A stretch of 64,000 nucleotides of DNA, taken from an uncultured Bacillota bacterium (GTDB taxonomy: Bacteria; Bacillota_I; Bacilli_A; RF39; UBA660). The notes below the pieces were generated by a model, which saw nothing but the letters and a program-made list of their open reading frames with translations, was not told where the DNA came from and made no database searches. The stretch lies in assembly GCA_947165005.1 (NCBI GenBank), contig CAMUYN010000001.1, forward strand, positions 1,963-65,962. The letters run 5' to 3'. The translations under genes were made by a program, and so were the position numbers. Shown here in pieces: positions 19,066 through 31,000 of this stretch (position 1 is its first letter; each line of letters begins with the position of its first letter).

Positions 19066-22000
19066 GTTTGTACTCTTCTTCCAATAATATTGTCTATATG
19101 TAGTTTTTAAATACGTTGCATTATCTGATGTATTAGTTAATGTTAAATCTGTACCACTTGTTGCATCTGGTAAAGTAGATACAAACCATCCATTAGGATC
19201 ATTAAATGTGGCTGATGTTAATTTTGAACAAGCAAGGAAAGCACCTCTTCCAATGCTTGTGACTCCGCTTCCGATTGTCACTGATGTTAAATTTGAGCAA
19301 CCGACGAATGCGGCATTTCCGATGCTTGTGACTCCACTTCCGATTGTTACCGTTGTTAAGTTTGCACAACTATCAAATGCGTCATCACCTATGCTTGTGA
19401 CACTATCTGGAATAACTATTGAGGTTAAGCTATTGCAGGCGGAGAAAGAATACCTTCCAATAGTTGTGACACTATTTGGAATTATAATTGAGGTTAGAGC
19501 TCTTTTCGCAAATGCATCATCTCCTATTTTTGTAACCGTATTTGGAATTATAGTATTCATTGATCCTAATATCAATTCGTTTGTCGATGTATTAATTATT
19601 GCATTACTGTTATTTCTACTATCATAAGTAGAGTTATTAGGATCTACAGTTATCGTAGATAAATTTTCACAACCATAAAATGCATCAGTACCAATACTTG
19701 TGACTCCACTTCCCATTACTATTGACACTAAATTTTCACAATCTCCAAATGCATTACTTCCAATGCTTGTGACACCGTTTGGAATTATTATTCCTGTTAA
19801 TCCGGTATTTTCATAAAACGCACAATTTCCTATTTTTGTTACACTTGATGGTAATACTAATTTACCAGATAAATCATTATCATAAAATACCTTATATGGT
19901 GATCCTGCTGTTGTTGAAGAATTTGATTTTGTATAATCATATTCTACCGTAGATGCTGTTAAACCTAGTGCTTCTAGTTCAGCCCATGTTTTTATCATGT
20001 TATCATTAGAATCATATAATCCCGGAGGAAAAGCATATTCCCATTGTGCATAAAGAATTACATTATCATCAACAGTTCCTAATTGATAAATTTGAGCCTC
20101 ATCTAAATATGCATCACCAGAACCATTTGGAGAAGTATTCCATCCAGCAAATCTATATAAGATATATGTATACGTATTTTTATTTAAAGTTGTTTGCTCC
20201 GATAACGATACGAATTGATTGTCCATTGTGCCGCTACCACCATTTGCATTAAATGATATAGTATACCCATATTTTTTCCAATATTTATCACTATATGTTG
20301 TCTTTAAATATGTGGCATTTTGGGATGTATTAGTCAACGTTAAACTTGTTCCGCTTGTTCCATCAGAAGTAGAAGATGCATGCCAATCAGATGTAGAAAT
20401 AAAATCAGCTGATGTTAGGCTTGTGCAACCATCGAACGCATATGCTCCAATATTATTAATTCCCTCTGGAATTGTGATTGAGGTTAAGCCCGGACAATTC
20501 TTGAATGCGTAATTACCTATTTTATTTATTCCATCTGGTAGCATTAACTTTCCTGTTAAATTGTTATCACTAAACACTTTATATGGAGAACCTGTTGTTG
20601 TTGAATAATTTGATGATGTATAATCCTGTTCTATCTTAGATTTTGTTAAACCTAAGGCCTCTAATTGTGCCCATGTTTTTATTATATTACCATTACTATC
20701 AAATAATCCTGCAATTCTTTCCCATTGTGCATATAATACTACCGTTTGATTACTAGATGCTAAATTAGATACTGAGGCACCATTTTGATAAGATGTTCCA
20801 GAACCATCTGATGCTGTATTCCAGCCTATGAAACTATAATTATCTTTAGTAAAAGTATTTGTACTTAGACTTACAGTTTGCCCCGCTGCAGCATACTGAC
20901 TATTCATTGTTCCATTACCACCATTTGCATTAAATGATATTTTGTAAGCTGTTGTTCTGTAATAATAATTATTTTTTAATTCTGATGCGGCTTGAGCCGG
21001 ATCTGAGAATGATACACTAGTTTCACTAGTAAAAGAGGAACTACTAGATCTATACCACCCTTCGGTATTTTTGAAATTGACAGTTGTGAATGCATAATTT
21101 GCAAGTCCTCGACTTTCAATCAACGTGACACTGCCAGGTATAGTTATTGTTATTAATCCAGAAATAGAATAAAATGCATTTTGACGGATTGTTTTCAATC
21201 CATCAGATAATGTTACTGAAGTAATCCTTGAAGCATAAAAGCAATAAGTACCTAGTGTTTCTACGCTACTTGGAATTATTATTCCTGTTAATCTAGAATT
21301 AGAATAAAAGGCATAATTACCTATTTTTGTTATACTAGAAGGTAAAACTAATTTACCTGATAAATTATTATCATTAAGAACTTTATATGGAGAGCCGGCT
21401 GTTGTTCTATAAGAAGACGATGTGTAATCAGTTTCAACTGTGGCCTTTGTTAAACCTAAGGCTTCTAATTCAGACCATGTCTTTATTAATTCCCCATTGC
21501 TATCAAATAAACCTGGTTCATAATCCCATTGTGCATATAAATTTAATTTTTCATTTTCAGACAAAGTTGGAGTAATAACGGCTTTATTAGAATAAGATGT
21601 TCCTGTGCCATTTAGTTTTGTATTCCATCCAGTAAAGACATAACCGTTTCTTGTATAATTTAAGTCTCTTAACTGAACTCCACTTGATACTTCTACATCT
21701 TGATCGGCCATTGTTCCAGTACCACCATTTGCATTATAGACTATCTTATATGTCCTACGTCTTTTCCAATATTTATCACTATATGTTGTCTTTAAATATG
21801 TAGCATTTTGAGAAGTACTAGTCAATGTTAAATCTGTTCCGCTAGTTCCATCAGAAGTAGAAGATGCATACCAGTTATTTGAATTTATGAATTCTGCTTG
21901 GGCTAAATTTGTACAACTAGAGAATGCATTTATACCAATATAATAAGTACTTCTAGGGATTACTATAGCTGTAACTTTTGTATTTTGATAGAATGCATAA

Positions 22001-25000
22001 TCACCTATTTTAGTTACACTTGAAGGTAATACTAATTTACCTGATAAATTATTATCATTAAGAACTTTATATGGCGATCCTGCTGTTGTTGAATAATTTG
22101 ATGATGTATAATCATTTTCTATAGATGATACTGTAAGACCTAATGCTTCTAATTCTGCCCATGTTTTTATTATATTGCCATTAGCATCATATAATCCTGC
22201 ACCTAATGCCCACTGTGCATAGAGTTGAACTACACCATTATCATTTGCTAATGATACAACATTTGCTTGATCTTCATAACTTGTTCCAGAACCATCTGCT
22301 GCTGTATTCCAGCAGTCAAATACATATCCTGATTTTGTGAAACTATTTACATTTAGTGTAGTTTCTTCATAAATCCCAATATATTGATTATTCATTGTTC
22401 CACTACCACCGTTTGCATTAAATTGAACTGTATATAATGGTTTTATCCAGTAAACAGATGAATATGTTGATTTTAAATATGTGGCATTTTGTGATGTATT
22501 AGTTAATGTTACATCCGTACCACTTGTTGCAGATGCTGAAGTGGCTGTAAACCACCCATTTGGTCCTTCAAAAGTTGCTGATGCTAAACTTGTACAGTCA
22601 CTGAATGCATAAGTTCCGATACTTTTGACACTAGCTGGAATTGTGATTGAGGTTAAACTGACACAGATACGGAATGCACTATTACCAATGCTTGTTACGC
22701 TGTTTGGAATAACTATTGAGGTTAAACCGGCACAGGCATAGAATGCTTGATTACCAATACTTGTGACTCCACTTCCCATTACTATTGACACTAAATTTTC
22801 ACAATAAGCAAATGCACTACCACCAATGCTTGTTACGCTGTTTGGAATAACTATTGAGGTTAAACCGGTACAGCCATAGAATGCACTACTACCAATGCTT
22901 GTTACGCTGTTTGGAATAACTATTGAGGTTAAACCGGTACAGTTATAGAATGCACTACTACCAATGCTTGTTACACTGTTTGGAATAACTGTATTTTTTG
23001 ATCCTACTATTAATTCATTTGTTGATGTTTTAATTATTGCATTACTATTATTTCTACTATCATAAGTAGAATTATTTGAATCTACAGTTATTGTAGATAA
23101 ATTTGCACAATTTCTAAATGCTTGATTACCAATGCTTGTGACTCCGCTTCCAATTACTATTGACACTAAATTTTCACAATAAGCAAATGCAGTACTTGCA
23201 ATGCTTGTTACGCTGTTTGGAATAACTATTGAGGTTAAACCGGTACAGCCATAGAATGCATTATTACCAATGCTTGTTACGCTGTTTGGAATAACTGTAT
23301 TTTTTGATCCTACTATTAATTCATTTGTTGATGTTTTAATTATTGCATTACTATTATTTCTACTATCATAAGTAGAATTATTTGAATCTACAGTTATCGT
23401 AGATAAATTTGCACAATTTTCAAATGCAGAAGTACCAATACTTGTGACTCCACTTCCGATTGATACTGAAGTTAAGTCGGTACAACCAGCGAATGCAGAA
23501 GTACCAATGCTAGTTACGCTGTTTGGAATTATTATTTCTGTTAATCCGGTATTTTGAAACGCATAATTGCCTATAGTAGTAACACTACTTGGAATTGTGA
23601 TTGAGGTTAAACCGGTACAGCCATAGAATGCATAAGTACCAATGCTTGTGACTCCACTTCCGATTGATACTGAAGTTAAGTTGGTACTATTTCTAAATGT
23701 ATAATTGCCTATAGTAGTAACACTACTTGGAATTATTATTCCTGTTAATCTAGGATTAGAATAAAAGGCATAATTACCTATTTTTGTTATACTTGATGGC
23801 AACACTAATTTACCTGATAAATTATTATCATTAAGAACTTTATATGGTGATCCCGCTCTTGTCTTATAAGTAGATGATGTATAGTTATATTCAATTGTAT
23901 TTTTTGTTAAACCTAATGCTTCTAGTTCAGCCCATGTTTTTATTAAGTTATTATTAGAATCATATAATCCTGGAACTTGCCATTGTGCATATAAAGTTAC
24001 TGAAGTTGATGTTGTTAGATTAACAACATTTTGAGTATCATCATAACTTGTTCCAGAACCATCTGCTGCTGTATTCCAGCCAGTAAATGTATAACCATCA
24101 TTTGTAAATGCATTTGCTGTTAATTCAAAGCTAGAATCATATACTTTTACTTCTGCTGCCATAGTTCCAGTACCACCATTTGCATTATAGTTTAATGTAT
24201 ATGATATTGGAGCCCAGTTAGCATAGATTGTATGATTAGATGCTGTTGTTACTATTGTTGAACTTGTAATATATTTAGAATATCCTGCAATAAAGTCATT
24301 TCCTGATGTATTTGCATTTCCATAGAAAATTCCATTAACAAGATCATATAATCCTGCTTTTCCTGTGGAATTATTTATGCATGGAATATAATTTCTTATT
24401 AACTGTTGACTTTGATTGTAAATCTTTAATGAATATATCTTTTGACTTGCATATCTATTAAGACTTGAATTATTTGAAACATATAAATTATTTGATGTTG
24501 TTGCTATTGGATTTGTTTCAGTCAATGCGAAGGTATCACTATTATGTTTTATTTCATCATTTGTAATTGTTAAAGTATTAATACCACTTGTAAGGACAGT
24601 TAATGCTGAAGATTTTTCTACAGTTCTATATCGTAGATATGCTCTATTAAGATAATAGTATCTTCCTAATGTGAAATTATCACCAGTACCTGATAAGTAT
24701 GATTGATAATCATTAGTAGTTCCTGTTGGAGTATATTTATATTCTAATCCATAGATTGTGTTTGCTGCTACTCCTGTATTTATATATTGAGTTCCATTTG
24801 ATTCAATATATTCAATCTGTGTATATCCATTTATCTTATATATAGGAGAACCCGAAACAAAATCTTCTCCTGAATTTGCAGCATTTCCATAGAATACTTC
24901 ATTAACAGTATCATATAATCCTACTTTCCCTGTGGATTCTTCTATACATGGTATTAAGAATCTTACTAATTGTTGGCTTTGATCATAGATTTTTAATAAA

Positions 25001-28000
25001 TATATTCTTTGACTTGATAACTTATTACTACTTGTACCATTTGAAATATATAAATTATTTGCTGTTGTTGCTATTGGATTTGTTTCAGTTAATGGGAAAG
25101 TTTCATTATTATGTCTTATCTCACTACTTGTAATTGTTAAAGTATTAATACTATTTGTATAAACATCTAATGATGCAGATTTTTCTACAGTTCTATATCT
25201 TAGATATGCTTTATTAGCATACACATATCTTCCTAATGTGAAATTGTCTGAAGTACCTGATAAGTATGATTGATATCCATCAGAACTTCCTGTTGGCATA
25301 TATTTATATTCTAATCCATAGATTGTATTTGCTGCTACTCCTGTATCTATATATTGAGTTCCATTTGATTCAATATATTCTACTTGTGTATATCCACTTG
25401 GTAATGTTGGTAATGTTTCTTGATCTAGTGTCCAACCTTTAAAGTTGTATCCTGGTCTTGTTGGTGTTGGAAGTGTACCATATGCAGAACCATATGTTAC
25501 ATTCTTTGTTGATGTATTTCCTGTACCTGTCCAACCAGTTGTTGAAGGTATTGATCCACCTGTTGCATCTGCTGTAAGTGTATATGTTGCAAGAGTACAT
25601 ACTCCATATAATCTTGTATTCCCTGAAGGTATTAAATTTCCTCCACTTTGATATTCTATTGTTGTTCCTTCACTATCTGTAGTCCATCCACAGTTATATC
25701 CCGTCTTTGTGATTGTTGGTAATACTTTGCTTGGCATTGCTCCAAATTGTGCATATAAAGTTGTGTCCGCATCCCTTGCCCATTTTCCATTTGATAAGTA
25801 TCCGCTTACAGTAGCATTATTATATGTAGCAGTTGTATTTGCTTGTAGTATTAAACTTCCACCACTTGGGGCTGTATAATATCCATTTAATGACGCTGTA
25901 CTTGTTAAAGTAGATGTACTACTTACTGCAGCACCAGTTGCACTACTTAGTAAAGTAAATCCACTTATATAGTATGATTTACTTGCTAATGTTATATAAG
26001 ATGGACTTATTACACTTGAATCATATGTTGCTGTTACTCCTGATCCTCCCATGCCTGTTCCATCATTTTTATTTAGTGTTATTCTATAACTTCTTGGTAT
26101 CGCTCTCTCATATATATCATGATTTCTTGGTGTCTTAACAATAGTTGAACTTGTTATAAAGTCCACTGGCCCTTTATTGAACGAATAAACAGTTGCATCA
26201 CTATAGAAAGTATTAGTTACTAAATCATATAATCCCGCTTTTCCTGTAGATTCATTTATACATGGGATATAATCTCTTACTAATACTTCTGAATCATATA
26301 TCTTAAAACTATATACGTTTCCTTTAAATCTACTTGAATCTGCTGTTCCAGCATTATTCCATGTTCCTATATAAATATTATAGAAATTAGTAAGTGGTCC
26401 TCTGTTTGAAATTGTTTGATCTACACCATCTATCTGATATATGTCATTACTTAAAACCAATTTATGTTTATTTCCGTCTCTTAAATTCATAGTTGTTGCA
26501 TATTGTGTAGTTTCTGCACCAAATGCAACAGATACTGCTGTTGTTGTGGCTTCACCAAATATCAACCCATCTTCATTAACATTTTTTCTCGCTCCAAAGT
26601 ATGCTAATCCAGTAGTTGCTGAGAATTCTGTTTCAATTTTTAGTGATTGTTTTGTTAATACTCCTGTATCTATATATCCACCATTAAATGTTATATATTC
26701 CAATTGCGTATATCCAGCAGGTAATAAACTCCAACCAACATCATAACCTGTCATTGTTGGTAAAGCTGGTAGTGTTCCATATGCACTATCATATGTCACT
26801 GATTTTGTTGCTGTGTTTCCTGTACCTGTCCAGCCACTTGTTGCTGGTATTGGAGTACCACTAGAATTTGCAGTTACTGTATATGTTGCTAGAGTACATA
26901 CTCCATATAATGTTGTATTTCCTGAAGGTATTAAATTACCCCCACTTTGATATTCTATTGTAGTTCCTGAACTATTTGTTGTCCAGCCACATGTGTATCC
27001 CGCCTTTGTGATTGTTGGTAATACTTTGCTTGGCATTGCTCCAAATTGTGCATATAAAGTTGTATCTACATCTCTTGTCCAAGTTCCACTCGATAAGTAA
27101 TTAGTTACAGATGTGCTATTATATGTAGCGGTTGTATTACCTTGTAATATTAAATTTCCACCGCTTGCTGCAGTATAATATCCATTTAATGTTGCTGTAC
27201 TTGTTAAAGTAGATGTACTACTTACTACTGCATTAGCTGCACTACTTAGTAATGTAAATCCACTTATTGTATATGATTTACTTGCTAATGTTATAGAAGA
27301 TGGACTTATTACACTTGAATCATATGTTGCAGTTATACTTGTTGTTCCATCACTTGTTCCATCATTTTTATCTAATGTTAATGTATATGTTTTTGTTATC
27401 CATTCTGCATGTAAATTTAATTTATTTGTTGAGTCTACATATTCTGTTGCAGTTTCAGCTTTTTCAAATTTAAGACCCGCAATTTGTACTGCTCCATTTC
27501 CTGATGCAGTACCAACCCCTATTCGATTTAAATATCTTCCAGAAGTTCTTGCGTTATATGTACCTGCTGTATTAGTTGTTACAGGTATTACTTTCATTTC
27601 ATATCTTTGCCATGTATCTGTTAGAGTAAATGATTGTTCTCTATAAGGAGTAGAATTACCTGCTCTTAAAATTATACTTCCTGAACCTTTTGCATATACG
27701 CTTACTGTATATGATTGATTTGGTTCAACTAATAAGTAATTAAAATATACATAGAAATTTGAAGAAAGTGTATTTGATGGGATATTAAATCCTTTTGTTA
27801 TTAGGCTAGATGGTGCATCAGTTACATCTATTTGTGTTGGACTAAGTGATGTTGATGATTTAGCCCATCTTCCTGAATATGCATAAGAAGTTGTGTTTGA
27901 TGGTACTGCTGGTGCTGATGTTCCTACTAGCATATTAGGATTAATATTCATACTATCTTGATTATTATAATCAACTCCAGTACCTAAGCTATTAGTATTC

Positions 28001-31000
28001 CAATTGGAATATGTATAACCTGTTCTATTATATGCATTTGCTGTTAATGTTCCTGCAGTTCCATAAGTTAATGATTGATCGCTCATAGAACCAGATGTAG
28101 AACCATTTCCATCAAATACTACATCATAAGTATTCTTTTGCCATAATGCATATAGGTTATATGTACCATTATTTGTCTTTGTTAAATTACTTACGCTTTG
28201 TTTATCATAGTAAATTGATGTTGTAGCTCCATTAGCTAATCTAGACCATCCAATAAATGTATAACCAGTTCTTGTAAATGCATTTTGTGTTAATGCTTGA
28301 GCTACGTCATATGTAAATGATTGGTTAGACATTGTTCCGCTACCACCATTTGCATTAAATTTAACTTGGAATGTATTAGCAGTCCAATGTGCATAATATG
28401 TTTTATCTGATGCTGGAACTGGAGTACTACTTGAAATAGCATTTCCACCAGTTGCTGCATCATACCAACCAGTAAAATTATATCCTGGTTTTGTTACTGG
28501 ATCTGGAATATCTAATGTATTTCCATATACATATGGTCTAGTTATTGTTAATGTCTTATGGTTAGTAGCTGTTGTAAATGGACTAGTATCAGTTCTATTA
28601 TCTCTTGTACCGATTTTTAAAGTCTTTGTTCCTTGACCAATAATATTATATGTATCAGTCATAGATATATTAGTATTTGTTCCAGTTGCAGTAAATGTAT
28701 ATGTATGAGTACTTGCTACCCAACTAAATGAATATGTAATATCCGCATTTCTACCTACTGTAGTAGAAGATACTTGATCATATTCACCGTTACCAAGTAA
28801 TATTCTAAATTTATTTGCTGTAGTTAATTCTATATTAAGAGCCTTATCAGGATCAGTATAACTACCTATTACTAAATAACGTTTTGCATTTGTTCCATAT
28901 TTAAATACACCATTAATTGTGAAATCATTATCCCAATCAATAATATATCCAGTATCTGCTGTCTCACCACTAGCAAATGCTATTTGAACAGTATTTCTAT
29001 AATCGTATGTAATTAAATATGTATTAGCAGTAGCATTAGCTGTATATGTTTTATTTTCGTTTACTGTAATTACTGAAGATTTATCAGGAAGTATTGATGT
29101 TCCTGTCCAATTACTGAATGAATATCCAGGAACTAATGTTGCATCAATAGTTACACTTCTACCATTAATATAATTAACTGCAGATGTTGTACTTGTTCCA
29201 TTATTAGTTACATCACTAATTCCTGTTCCTTTTGTTAATGTAACACTGTATACTGTTACTGATTTTGTTCCTGCAGATGAATCACTATAGTTAGAGTTTG
29301 GTGCCTTTGCTATTACTGATACTGCTCTACTTCCTGTTGCTGCTACTATATCAGTATTTTTATTTACTCCACTTGTAGCATTTGCATAGCTTCCGTTTGC
29401 TACTTTTACTTGATGTTGTGCACTTGAACAGTTACTACTTGCTGTCCATGTTACAACTCCTGTATTTGATACTGCTACTGCTGTTGGAGTAGCACATTGT
29501 AATTTATTTACTTTAATTGTATATGTAGCAGATTTTGTTGCTCCAGTAACACTATCTGTTGCTGTTATTGTTACAGCATATCCAGTTGAATTTGCTGGTG
29601 TGTTTGCTGCTACTACTATATTTCTTCCACTTAAGCTGAAGTAATTATTTGTATTTTCTCCAGTTATAGCATATGTATAAGTTCCTGATCCATTTGTTGC
29701 TGCATTTACCCCATTAGTTATTGTTTGAGCTGCACTTGGATTATATGTACTTGATACTTCTTTATCCGCAAATGTTAATTCATTTGCTTCCCATTTAGCA
29801 TATATTACATGATCATGTGCTAAATTTACTATTGATGAACTTGTTATATATTCTTCTTGGCCTGCTGTGAAGTCATTTCCTGATGAGTTTGAATTACCAA
29901 AGAATTCTCCACTTACTAAATCATATAATCCTACTTTTCCTGTAGATTCTTCTATACATGGAATATAATCTCTTACTAATACTTCTGAATCATATATCTT
30001 AAAGCTATATACCTTTCCATTAAACATTCTTGAATCTGCTGTTCCAGCATTATTCCATGTTCCTATATAAATATTATAGAAATTAGCAAGCGTTCCTCTA
30101 TTTGAAATTGTTTGATTTACATCATCTATTTGATATATATCATTACTTAAAACTACTTTATGCTTATTTCCATCCATTGCATTAATAGTTGTTGTATAAG
30201 CATCCGACCTTGTACCAAATCCAACATATGCTGTATTTGATGTGAAGTAACCAAATACTAAACTATCTGCAGAAGAAATCCTTCTTGCTCCAAAGAATAA
30301 TTTTTTATTAACAGTTGTTGAGAATTCTGACTCAATTTTTAATGTTTGTTTTGATGGTACTCCAGTATCTATATATTGAGATTCATTAAATGTTATATAT
30401 TCTACTTGTGTATACCCTTCTGGAAGTACTGACCATCCTTTTAATGTATATCCAGTTCTTGATACAGTTGGTAATGTTCCATACGCAGATTTATATGTGG
30501 CATTCTTTGTTGATGTATTTCCTGTACCTGTCCAGCCAGTAGTTGATGAGATTGTTCCACCATTTGAACTTGCTATTACTTGATATGTTGATGGTGTCCA
30601 TTCAGCTGTTATTGTATGATTTTGTGGATTAACTACATTAGAACTAGAAGTAATATAATATGGTTCATAATCATTTATAGTTGTTCCTTCAAAAATAGAC
30701 ATTTTAATTCTATAAGTTCCAGTTACGCCATTATTTGATTGGAACCAGAAAGAACCCAAAGTGACATTAGAAAAATCTGATCTTGTTTTAAATGTTTTTA
30801 CAATCTTACCAGTAAAACCTAGTGATCCAAGATTAATTCTAGTGCTGCCACCATAATTAAGAATATAAAATCTATCGTCTGTAGCTAGGAATAGTTCTTT
30901 ATCAAAAGTATTTTCTAAAACATCGATAACCAATGTATAAGTAGTATCTGTTTTAGGAACCCATTTAGTTTTATTTAAAATTCTATCATAAACTCCAGCA

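Noticed and set aside
19208-26746. Several plus-strand ORFs (for example 19208-19627, 20219-20512, 25445-25651 and 26441-26746) inside the giant gene
   Set aside because: They are antisense frames kept open by the repetitive, stop-poor codon composition of the 4325-aa ORF. None has an RBS or promoter, and their repetitive V/P/L content mirrors the sense-strand repeats.
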